Assembly: GCA_003149935.1 (NCBI GenBank)
Contig: QAMH01000007.1
Span: 92,603 to 156,602 of the forward strand
Length of the DNA: 64,000 nt
Direction of reading: 5' to 3'
DNA from: Coriobacteriia bacterium
GTDB lineage: Bacteria; Actinomycetota; Coriobacteriia; Coriobacteriales; QAMH01
Shown here piece after piece: positions 56,241 through 64,000 of the stretch. The notes beneath the pieces are model-generated. The model was not told the DNA's origin and did not search any database. It saw only the letters and a program-made list of their open reading frames with translations. The translations under genes and the position numbers were made by a program. Position 1 is the first letter of the stretch, and each line of letters starts with the position of its first letter.

Positions 56241-56392
56241 TGTTCCTGCGCGAGTGAAGCAAGGCGAAGCGGCCCTCGGTTTTCCGGGGCCGCTTTCGCT
56301 TAGTGAGACAGATGTACCTGTCCAATCTGTCTCATGCTCTCGTTCTGCTGCTAAAATGAAATCATCGCTACCGACTATAAAAGGAGGTTCCC

Positions 56393-56743
56393 ATGAAATA
56401 CGAAATCGTCGATGCCGCCTACGTGCTCGAGCACCTTGGCAAGATGCCCATCGTGGACGTGCGTCCCAAGGACATGTACCTGGAAAGCCGCATTCCCGGT
56501 GCGGTCTCGGCTCCGCTTCTGGAGGCCAAGGAAGCACCGGAGGACACGACCGAGTTCTTCCTGCGCGAGGTCCTCGACGCGGGAATCGACCCCACCAAGG
56601 ACTTCATCGTCTACTGCTACAACGGCGGACTTGCTCGCGAGGCCTGCGACCTGCTCGAGAATGCTGGCAACATCTGCCAGAAATGCTACGAGGGTAGCTG
56701 GATCGACTGGATTTCCGACTCCTCACGCCCTGTCGAGAAATGA
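56393..56743 (+). CDS. Single-domain rhodanese-like sulfurtransferase
   Basis: IVDVRP..., active-site loop CYNGGLAR; 116 aa. RBS AAAGGAGG. Confidence 0.8.
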   Translation: MKYEIVDAAYVLEHLGKMPIVDVRPKDMYLESRIPGAVSAPLLEAKEAPEDTTEFFLREVLDAGIDPTKDFIVYCYNGGLAREACDLLENAGNICQKCYEGSWIDWISDSSRPVEK

Positions 56744-56774
56744 GACAACTGCTCTGAGCAACTGTCTCATTTTT
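56738..56774 (+). terminator. Rho-independent terminator of the rhodanese gene
   Basis: AAATGAGACA (56738-56747) pairs with TGTCTCATTT (56763-72) across a 15-nt loop, followed by a T run. The hairpin includes the TGA stop. Confidence 0.7.
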
Positions 56775-56960
56775 GTCATTTCGGGCGAAGCAGCCGAAGT
56801 GGTCCCCACTGTCATTTCGAGCGAAGCAGCCGAAGGCTGCGAAGTCGAGAAATCTCGGTCTTGCCGTAACGGTAGATCGGGATTTCTCCATTCCGGGGCT
56901 TCGCCCCTCCAGTCGAAATGACAACGGTGAGGGCTTCGCCCCTCCAGTCGAAAAGGGCAA
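56774..56960. repeat. TGTCATTTCGAGCG-family elements (locus C), including one apparently complete 116-bp unit
   Basis: In unit 56809-56924, CTGTCATTTCGAGCG...GTCGAGAAATCTCG...CGGGATTTCTCC...CAGTCGAAATGACAA has outer and inner inverted repeats. A partial head lies at 56774 and a partial tail duplication at 56929-56960. Confidence 0.8.
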
Positions 56961-56974
56961 CGGGGGCAGCCCCG

Positions 56975-58261
56975 CTACTCGGCCATGAGCTTTTCGAGGG
57001 CGGTCATGCGCGCGCAGACGGTGAAGATGCGTGCCGCCTGCTCGAGCTCCTCGATGCTCGGGAAGCTCGGCGCGATGCGGATGTTGGAGTCGTGTGGGTC
57101 GTTCCCGCATGGCCAGGTCGCACCAGCGCCCGTCAGCGCGACGCCAGCATCTTTTGCCTTGGCTACGGTCGCCTTGGCCGTACCGTCAAGACCGGTGAAG
57201 CTGATGAAGTAGCCACCGCGCGGGTGGGTCCAGCTTCCAATGCCCGTGCCACCCAAGTCCTCGTCGAAGATCTCGAGCACCTTCTCGAAACGCGGACGCA
57301 GCAGTTCCGCGTGCTTGCTCATGTGCGCGGCAACGCCCTCGGCATCTTCCAAAAAGCGCACGTGGCGCAGCTGGTTGAGCTTGTCGAACCCGATGGTCTG
57401 CGCTCCCATCGCCGCGAGCATTTCATTTACGTTGGCAACGCTGGAAACAAAAGCCGAGATACCCGCTCCGGGAAGCGTCACCTTCGAGGTCGAGCAGAAC
57501 TCGAAGACCATGTCGGGATTGCCCGCATCGGCGCAAGCATCGATGATGTTGAGCACGTGATCCTGCTGCGTGGGCTCATCATAGAGATGGTGCACGGCGT
57601 AGGCATTGTCCCAGAAGATCCTGAAGTCGCTGGCAGCCGGCTCAAGTGCGGTCAGCCCGCGCACGACTTCGTCCGAGTAGGTGTAGCCACAGGGATTCGA
57701 GTATTGCGGGACGCACCAGATGCCCTTGACCGCCGGGTCTGCCACGAGGCGCGCGACCTCGGCGACGTCCGGGCCATCCTCGCCCAGCTCGACGGGAATC
57801 ATCTCGATGCCGAAGTGCTCGCAGATGGCGAAGTGACGATCATAGCCAGGAACAGGGCAGATGAACTTGACGCTATCGAGCTTGCTCCAGGGCAGCTGTC
57901 CGCCTAGGCCGGAAATCCAGGCACGTGCGATGGTGTCGAACATGACGTTGAGACTCGAGGCGCCGCACACGATGACTTGCTCGGGCGCAACATCGAGCAT
58001 GCTGGCGATGAACGTGCGCGCTTCGGGCAGGCCGGCCAGCACGCCATAGTTGCGGCAGTCGGTGCCGTCGGCGGCGCGGTAGTCGCTTGTCGAGTTAACG
58101 CAGTCGAGCATCGGCATGCTGAGCTCGAGCTGTTCGGGACTCGGTTTGCCACGGGCCATGTTGAGCTCGAGATTCAAGGCGCAATACTTCTCGTATTGCT
58201 TCTCAAGCGCGTCATAGAGCGTGCGCATCTCGTCTGTGCTCAGGTCCTTGTACTCGGTCAT
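56975..58261 (-). CDS. PLP-dependent aminotransferase (class I/II fold)
   Basis: Aminotransferase-like sequence with CSTSKVTLPG (SxSK Lys motif). Start at ATG 58261 (ORF track 58300). Confidence 0.75.
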   Translation of the reverse strand: MTEYKDLSTDEMRTLYDALEKQYEKYCALNLELNMARGKPSPEQLELSMPMLDCVNSTSDYRAADGTDCRNYGVLAGLPEARTFIASMLDVAPEQVIVCGASSLNVMFDTIARAWISGLGGQLPWSKLDSVKFICPVPGYDRHFAICEHFGIEMIPVELGEDGPDVAEVARLVADPAVKGIWCVPQYSNPCGYTYSDEVVRGLTALEPAASDFRIFWDNAYAVHHLYDEPTQQDHVLNIIDACADAGNPDMVFEFCSTSKVTLPGAGISAFVSSVANVNEMLAAMGAQTIGFDKLNQLRHVRFLEDAEGVAAHMSKHAELLRPRFEKVLEIFDEDLGGTGIGSWTHPRGGYFISFTGLDGTAKATVAKAKDAGVALTGAGATWPCGNDPHDSNIRIAPSFPSIEELEQAARIFTVCARMTALEKLMAE

Positions 58262-58331
58262 GCCCGCTTCTTTCTTCGTGGTGAGAATGTCGGCGCCCAT
58301 TATAGACGCAATGGCTATAATGAACGACGCA

Positions 58332-58467
58332 TCTGTTCAAGGCGGGGCGGAATTCCCCACCGGCGGTAAGCGGCCAGAGGCGCCGTGCAGCCCGCAAACC
58401 CTTCTTCGGAAGGGCCGATCCAGTGAGACTCTGGAGCCGACGGTCATAGTCCGGATGAGAGAGCAGA
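58332..58467 (+). promoter_or_regulatory. FMN riboswitch (RFN element)
   Basis: Conserved blocks AGGCGGGGCGGAATTCCCCACCGGCGGTAAG, AGCCCGC, GATCCAGTGAGACTCTGGAGCCGACGGTCATAGTCCGGATGAGAGA. P1 pairs TCTGTTC (58332-38) with GAGCAGA (58461-67). The RBS follows immediately. Confidence 0.85.
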
Positions 58468-58482
58468 AAGGAGCGGATTACT

Positions 58483-59064
58483 ATGTCCGAAATCTCTCAC
58501 GCAGGCGGGAGCGTCACCCCGCAGCAATCACGCAAGGCCACATGGAGCACGCGCAAGCTCGTCCTGCTCGCGCTCTTCACGGCACTTTCGCTCATCCTGT
58601 CCTTCATCGAGGCGCCCATCTTTCCCGCAGCGCCGTTTCTGAAGTACGACCCGTCGGCCGTCATCGCGGGCTTTGCCGCCTGCGGCCTTGGTGTGGGTGC
58701 TGGCTTGCTCGTGGGCATTGCCTCGGCTGCCATCCATGGCCTCATCATGGGTGATCCTTGGGGCTCGCTCATGACCATCATCGCCGTGGCATGCTGGATC
58801 GTGCCCATGGCGCTCATCTATCGCACCAAGGGGACGCGTACGACGCTGCTCATCGGCATCATCGTAGGCTCCATCCTCTCGCTGGCCGGCGCCATCGTGG
58901 GCAATCTGCTTATCACGCCCATATACACGGGGACGAACGTGGCAACGGTCGCAGCCATGATCATTCCCATCCTGCTTCCCTTCAACGCGCTCAAGATCCT
59001 CATCAACGACGTGCTCGCCTTCGTGCTCTACAAGCCGGTCGAGAACCTCATGTCCAAGGACTAG
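58483..59064 (+). CDS. ribU: ECF-transporter substrate-specific (S) component, riboflavin type
   Basis: Six-helix small membrane protein directly downstream of an FMN riboswitch and upstream of the ECF ATPase genes. Confidence 0.75.
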   Translation: MSEISHAGGSVTPQQSRKATWSTRKLVLLALFTALSLILSFIEAPIFPAAPFLKYDPSAVIAGFAACGLGVGAGLLVGIASAAIHGLIMGDPWGSLMTIIAVACWIVPMALIYRTKGTRTTLLIGIIVGSILSLAGAIVGNLLITPIYTGTNVATVAAMIIPILLPFNALKILINDVLAFVLYKPVENLMSKD

Positions 59065-59067
59065 TGC

Positions 59068-59919
59068 ATGGGTGACGGCCTCGACAATCCAGGCAAGATT
59101 TCGTTCGATCACGTATCGTTTTCGTACAAGGCAGATGCACCCTGCGTGCTCGATGACATCTGCCTGGATATCGAGGCCGGACAATTCGTCGCTGTTCTCG
59201 GCGCCAATGGCTCGGGCAAGTCGACGCTGGCCAAGCACATCAACGCGCTGCTTACGCCCACGAGCGGATGTGTCGCGGTAGGCGGCCTCGATACGCGCGA
59301 TGAGCACAGCGTCTTTGCCATCCGAGAGAGCGCGGGCATGTTGTTCCAGAATCCCGACAATCAGGCAGTCGCCTCCGTCGTGCGCGACGACGTCGCCTTC
59401 GGCCCGGAAAACCTTGGCCTCGCTCCCGACGAGATTCGCGCGCGCGTCGAAGAGGCGCTTGCGACCGTTGCCATGCAAGATCATGCGCTTGACGAAATCG
59501 AAAGTTTGTCCGGCGGCCAAAAGCAGCGTATCGCCATCGCGGGCGTTCTGGCCATGCGGCCGCGAATCCTCATACTCGACGAGCCGGGCGCCATGCTCGA
59601 TGCACGCGGCAGGCGCGGCATCACGCGCGTGGCCCACGAGCTCAATGCCGACGGAATGACCGTCGTGCTCATCACGCACTTCATGGAAGACGCGCTCGGC
59701 GCCGACCGCGTCGTCGTGCTCGATCGCGGACGCATCGCACTCGAGGGCACGCCCGATGAGGTCTTTACCGATGCCACGGCGCTGCGTGCGTTGCGCCTCG
59801 AGTTGCCGTTCTCGATTCAACTCGCGGAGGACCTGCGCGCGCGAGGTGTCGAGGTCGGGATGGGGCTTTCCGAGGAGAAACTGGAGGAGGAGCTGTGCCA
59901 ATTGCTTTCGAACAGGTGA
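59068..59919 (+). CDS. ecfA1: ECF transporter ATPase component A1
   Basis: Walker A GANGSGKST, signature LSGGQKQR, Walker B LILDEP. Overlaps the next gene. Confidence 0.85.
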   Translation: MGDGLDNPGKISFDHVSFSYKADAPCVLDDICLDIEAGQFVAVLGANGSGKSTLAKHINALLTPTSGCVAVGGLDTRDEHSVFAIRESAGMLFQNPDNQAVASVVRDDVAFGPENLGLAPDEIRARVEEALATVAMQDHALDEIESLSGGQKQRIAIAGVLAMRPRILILDEPGAMLDARGRRGITRVAHELNADGMTVVLITHFMEDALGADRVVVLDRGRIALEGTPDEVFTDATALRALRLELPFSIQLAEDLRARGVEVGMGLSEEKLEEELCQLLSNR

Positions 59920-60731
59920 GCTTCTCCTACGATGACGAGCATGACGCCCTCCAGAACATCGACCTCGTCGTGGAGGATGGCGAATTTCTGGGCGTCATTG
60001 GTCACACTGGCTCGGGTAAGTCAACGCTCGTGCAGCTCATGAACGCCCTGCTCGTTCCCACAGCCGGCTGCGTGCTCGTGGATGGGCTCGATACGCGCGA
60101 GCGCAAGCTGCGTCGCGAGGTGCGCACGAAGGTTGGCTTGGCTTTCCAATATCCCGAGACGCAGCTTTTTGCCAACACGGTTGCCGAAGACGTCGCCTTT
60201 GGTCCTCGCAACTTGGGATTATCCGATGACGAGGTTAATCGGCGTGTGCGAGAGGCCCTCGATCATGTGGGGTTGGATTACGATGCCATCGCGCAACGAA
60301 GCCCCTTCGATCTCTCGGGCGGTCAGCAGCGTCGCGTGGCGCTTGCCGGCATACTCGCGATGGAGCCGAGCGTGCTCGTGCTCGATGAGCCTGCTGCCGG
60401 CATGGATCCGGCGACGGTGGACGAGATTCGAAATTACCTGCGTGACCTCAACGATCAGGGCCTCACCATCGTTCTCGTCTCGCATTCGATGGATGACGTC
60501 GCCGAGCTCTGCTCGCGCATCGTCGTGCTCGATCATGGCGTGCTGCACATGCAGGGAACACCCGACGAGCTGTTCACGGCGCAAAACGCCGCCGAGTTGC
60601 GTCGCATCAACCTTGACGTGCCCCGCGCTACGAAGTTTGCCCTAGAATTGGCACAACGCGGGCTCGTATTGCCCGAGCCCATTCTCGATGAGCAACAGCT
60701 TGTCGAGGCGCTGATTACGTTGCATGCGTGA
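59895..60731 (+). CDS. ecfA2: ECF transporter ATPase component A2
   Basis: Walker A GHTGSGKST, signature LSGGQQRR, Walker B LVLDEP. GTG start at 59895. Confidence 0.85.
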   Translation: MPIAFEQVSFSYDDEHDALQNIDLVVEDGEFLGVIGHTGSGKSTLVQLMNALLVPTAGCVLVDGLDTRERKLRREVRTKVGLAFQYPETQLFANTVAEDVAFGPRNLGLSDDEVNRRVREALDHVGLDYDAIAQRSPFDLSGGQQRRVALAGILAMEPSVLVLDEPAAGMDPATVDEIRNYLRDLNDQGLTIVLVSHSMDDVAELCSRIVVLDHGVLHMQGTPDELFTAQNAAELRRINLDVPRATKFALELAQRGLVLPEPILDEQQLVEALITLHA

Positions 60732-60833
60732 CAGTGGGGACGGGGCTTCTGTCACGCTGGATTCGCGACATGTGCCAAGGGGTCTGACCCCCTGACACAC
60801 AGACGTGACAGAAGCCCCGTCCCCACTGTCACG
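60727..60833. repeat. Perfect 30-bp inverted repeat with a 47-nt spacer
   Basis: CGTGACAGTGGGGACGGGGCTTCTGTCACG (60727-60756) and its exact reverse complement (60804-60833). Each arm is itself end-palindromic (GTGACAG...CTGTCAC). It overlaps the ecfA2 stop. Confidence 0.9.
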
Positions 60834-60859
60834 CCTACCGTATAGAGAGGTACATAACC

Positions 60860-61261
60860 ATGCCGCAGATTTCGCCTGAGCTCGATCAGCTTTCGATTGC
60901 ACTCATCCAGACAGCGATTGACATGCTCGACGTGCATGACGATGTTCCCGTCATGCTTGCGGTGGATTGCGATGACGAACTATTGACCTTCGAGGATGAC
61001 ACGCCCGATGGCTGCTATCGTGCCGCTCGCGAGCAGGTGCGATCCTATGGCAAGGACTGCACGCGCTATGCGTTGCTCACCCAGGGCTTCGTTCAGGAGG
61101 ACGAGACCGATTCGGGGCAGCCGGCCCTGCTCTTCGAGTTTGCCGAGCGCGGCATGGATTGCGCATGGAGCGGCTTCATGCTGTACCGACGTGACGAGGA
61201 TGGTCACATCGAGGTGAGCGAACCCATGCCGGCTGGCGAGGAAGAGCTTCTCTTCGGGTAG
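60860..61261 (+). CDS. Hypothetical acidic protein (133 aa)
   Basis: Clean ORF. No motif recognised. Flanked by two long perfect inverted repeats. Confidence 0.5.
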   Translation: MPQISPELDQLSIALIQTAIDMLDVHDDVPVMLAVDCDDELLTFEDDTPDGCYRAAREQVRSYGKDCTRYALLTQGFVQEDETDSGQPALLFEFAERGMDCAWSGFMLYRRDEDGHIEVSEPMPAGEEELLFG

Positions 61262-61277
61262 CGGTTTACGAGCGCTA

Positions 61278-61446
61278 GACGGGACGACGGACGACGGGAA
61301 GCATCTCGAGCAGACCCACGGTGAGCGCGATGCGGTCTTGCGAGGACTGTCTGAGCGCGCGATCTGTGCGCGCGAGTTCCGCAGCGGCATCGCGCGAGAC
61401 GCGGGTCGGGTGCGAGAGCAAGCTTCCCGTCGTCCGTCGTCCCGTC
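61278..61446. repeat. Perfect 25-bp inverted repeat with a 119-nt spacer
   Basis: GACGGGACGACGGACGACGGGAAGC (61278-61302) and its exact reverse complement (61422-61446), in the typA upstream region. Confidence 0.9.
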
Positions 61447-61538
61447 CCTCCATTCCCGCAATGAAATGCTGCGCGAGCGCATCAAGCGTGGTATCCTGCA
61501 AGGCTGTACGAAATACAGCTGACAACGGGATAACGCAC

Positions 61539-63362
61539 ATGCTTCAAGAACATATCCGCAACATCGCCATCATCGCGCACGTCGATCACGGCAAGACCAC
61601 ACTCGTCGATCGCCTTCTGCAAACTGCCGGTGTCTTCCGCGAGAACCAGCAAGTCGAGGAGCGCGTCTTAGACTCCAACGATCAGGAGCGCGAGCGCGGC
61701 ATCACGATTCTCTCCAAGAACGTCTCCATCCGCTACAAGGACGTGAAGATCAATGTCATCGACACGCCGGGCCATGCCGACTTCGGTGGCGAGGTCGAGC
61801 GCGTGCTCAAGATGGCCGACGGCGTCTTGTTGCTGGTCGATGCCTTCGAGGGCCCCATGCCGCAGACGCGTTTCGTTCTCAAGCATGCCCTCAGCCTCAA
61901 TCTGGTGCCCATCGTCGTCATCAACAAGATTGACCGCCCGGGTGCGCGTCCCGACGAAGTCCTCGATGAGGTCTTCGAGCTCATGCTCGAGCTGGGCGCA
62001 AGCGATGAGCAACTCGACTTCACGACTGTCTACGCGAGCGCGATGAACGGCTACGCACGCCTCGATCCGGATGACGGCAACATGGATATGCTGCCGCTGC
62101 TCGATACCATCCTCGAGCATATTCCCGCGCCCGATGTCGACCCGGACGGCCCCGTCGCCATGCAGATTTGCACGGTCGACCATTCCGAGTACGTGGGTCG
62201 TATCGGCACGGGTCGCCTGTTCTCCGGCTCCATCGAAGCTGGTCAGCAGGTGCTTGTCATCAAGAACAACGGCACTACTCGCTACGAGACCACCATCAAG
62301 CACCTCTACACCTTTGAGGCCCTGGGCCGCGAGGAAGCGCAGAGCGCCGAAGCCGGTGACATCATCGCCATCGTTGGCGTCGAGGACGCGGACGTGGGCG
62401 ACGTCGTGACCGACATCGAGAACCCCGTCGAGATGGAACCCATCGAGGTCGAGGAGCCAACGCTTTCGGTCATCTTCGAGGCATCCTCGAGCCCGCTTGT
62501 GGGCAAGGAAGGCGATATCGTTGGCGGCCGTCAGCTCAAGGAGCGCCTCATGCGCGAGGGCGAGGCCAATATCTCGATGCGCATCGAGGAGCTCGAGGAC
62601 AAAAGCGGTATCGAGGTTGCCGGTCGCGGCATTCTGCATCTCTCCGTGCTCATGGAGACCATGCGCCGCGAGGGCTATGAGTTCCAGGTCGGGCGCCCCC
62701 GCGTGCTTTATAAGACCATTGACGGCGTCAAGATGGAGCCCATCGAGGACGCGTCGGTCGAGACGCCCGAGGAGTACTCGGGCAAGATCATCGAGCTCTT
62801 TGGCACGGCCGGTGGCGAGATGACCAACATGACCACGCATCAAGACCAGACGGTCCTCTCCTTCAAGATCCCGACGCGCGGCATCATGGGCCTGCGCACC
62901 AAGATACTCAACGCGAGTCACGGCGAGGCCATCTTTAGCCACCGTTTCTCGGAGTATGGCCCCATGCGTGGCGAGCTCGGCATGCGCAAGAACGGCGCCA
63001 TGGTTGCCATGCATTCCGACAAGGCCGTCGCCTACGCGCTCGACACGCTGCAGCAGCGTGGCACGCTCTACGTCGAGCCCGGTGACGAATGCTACGAGGG
63101 CATGATCGTGGGCGAGAACGCCAAGGAAGGCGACATGGACGTGAACGTGTCGAAGACCAAGCAGCTCGGCAATCAGCGTGCGTCGAGCGCCGACAAGGCC
63201 ATCATGCTCACGCCTCCGGTCAAGTTCACGCTCGAGGAGGCGCTCGAGTACATTGCCGATGACGAGCTCGTCGAGATCACTCCCAAATCGATTCGCTTGC
63301 GCAAGCGCACGCTCGATAAGATTGGAAGAAAGAAGGAACGCGCCCGTGCATTGGGCAAATAG
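61539..63362 (+). CDS. typA: Translational GTPase TypA/BipA
   Basis: [24 protein letters not shown] and NKID GTPase motifs with EF-G-like domains; 607 aa from ATG 61539. The ORF-track 5' extension from 61338 crosses the inverted repeat. Confidence 0.9.
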   Translation: MLQEHIRNIAIIAHVDHGKTTLVDRLLQTAGVFRENQQVEERVLDSNDQERERGITILSKNVSIRYKDVKINVIDTPGHADFGGEVERVLKMADGVLLLVDAFEGPMPQTRFVLKHALSLNLVPIVVINKIDRPGARPDEVLDEVFELMLELGASDEQLDFTTVYASAMNGYARLDPDDGNMDMLPLLDTILEHIPAPDVDPDGPVAMQICTVDHSEYVGRIGTGRLFSGSIEAGQQVLVIKNNGTTRYETTIKHLYTFEALGREEAQSAEAGDIIAIVGVEDADVGDVVTDIENPVEMEPIEVEEPTLSVIFEASSSPLVGKEGDIVGGRQLKERLMREGEANISMRIEELEDKSGIEVAGRGILHLSVLMETMRREGYEFQVGRPRVLYKTIDGVKMEPIEDASVETPEEYSGKIIELFGTAGGEMTNMTTHQDQTVLSFKIPTRGIMGLRTKILNASHGEAIFSHRFSEYGPMRGELGMRKNGAMVAMHSDKAVAYALDTLQQRGTLYVEPGDECYEGMIVGENAKEGDMDVNVSKTKQLGNQRASSADKAIMLTPPVKFTLEEALEYIADDELVEITPKSIRLRKRTLDKIGRKKERARALGK

Positions 63363-63375
63363 CTAAGGAGCCACC

Positions 63376-64000
63376 ATGACCCAGGAACTGCTTCGTCTTC
63401 ATGACGCAAAAGTAAAGATGGACGGCCGTGTAATCCTCGACGTCGATGACTTCGTCATCAACCAAGGCGAGCACATCGTCGTGCTCGGACCCAACGGCTC
63501 AGGCAAGTCGACGCTGGTCAAACTGCTCACCAAGGAAATCGAGCCGGTTTGGCGCGAGACGCCGCCGGTGCTCTTCATGGGCCAGCCCGATCCCTCCGAG
63601 GAGACCCTCATCGAGACCGTGGGCCTCGTATCCACCGATGTGCAGGAGCGCATGATGGTGCACCGCACGGTGTTCGACATCGTGCTCGGCGGCTTTTTCG
63701 GAAGCGTCGGCGTGCCCTTCCACATCGGTGCCTCCGACGAGCAGGTCGAGCAGGCGCGCAAGGCCATCCGCGAGATCGGCATCCCGTCGCTGTCCGAGCG
63801 CGACATGCTCACGCTTTCCACGGGCCAGGCGCGCCGCGCGCTCATCGCCCGTGCCCTCATCAACGGGCCCGCGCTGCTCATCTTCGACGAGCCGACGCTC
63901 GGCCTCGATCCCGAGGGTGCCTGGAACATGCGCCAGTCGCTGTCCGCACTGGCCAAGGCCGGTCACACGGTTCTTGTCATCACGCATAACGTCGGCGACA
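63376..64000 (+). CDS. ABC-transporter ATP-binding protein, 3' end outside window
   Basis: Not in the ORF track because it runs off the window end. My own translation from ATG 63376 (RBS AAGGAG at 63365-70) gives Walker A GPNGSGKST, signature LSTGQARR and Walker B LLIFDEPT. Confidence 0.8.
   Translation, partial: MTQELLRLHDAKVKMDGRVILDVDDFVINQGEHIVVLGPNGSGKSTLVKLLTKEIEPVWRETPPVLFMGQPDPSEETLIETVGLVSTDVQERMMVHRTVFDIVLGGFFGSVGVPFHIGASDEQVEQARKAIREIGIPSLSERDMLTLSTGQARRALIARALINGPALLIFDEPTLGLDPEGAWNMRQSLSALAKAGHTVLVITHNVGD

Noticed and set aside
60732-60859. A missing ecfT gene hidden in the ecfA2-downstream gap
   Set aside because: The gap is only 128 bp and is occupied by the 30-bp inverted repeat. 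No hydrophobic ORF is present.
61338-61538. 67-aa N-terminal extension of typA
   Set aside because: The extension is encoded by the inverted-repeat region and has Arg/Ser-rich junk composition. The conserved TypA N-terminus begins at [21 protein letters not shown].

Overview
This is a high-GC, gene-dense bacterial chromosome segment. The gene content resembles a gut Coriobacteriia/Eggerthellaceae-type actinobacterium, but that is inference only and needs a database search. I support about 60 protein genes, one intact tRNA-Gly(CCC), one FMN riboswitch, several operator-like palindromes and several repeat families. The dominant theme is four DMSO-reductase-family molybdopterin oxidoreductases, one of them cut by the window edge. 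None has a twin-arginine signal or a membrane-anchor gene. Each has a ferredoxin-like partner but a different regulator and electron-input context: (1) PucR regulator with a Cys-rich protein, a GcvT-like protein, an SDR and an FAD reductase; (2) Crp/Fnr regulator with VOC, SDR, MFS and NuoE/NuoF-like genes; (3) a fused double MarR. Set (2) is cargo of a ~15-kb decayed plasmid-like integrative element carrying an integrase remnant, AbiE, a Rep-like gene, ParB and ParA. That element split a second tRNA-Gly(CCC) in its anticodon loop and left a hybrid tRNA with a broken anticodon stem. Other content: a duplicated PNPOx-like/DUF1847-like gene pair, a UvrA paralog with a TipA-type MerR regulator, a riboflavin ECF module, TypA, a sortase-type surface protein, a cluster of nonsense- or frameshift-disrupted genes, and several palindromic or MITE-like repeats. 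I saw no CRISPR array, rRNA or intact transposase. All homology calls come from motif recognition by eye; no searches were run.
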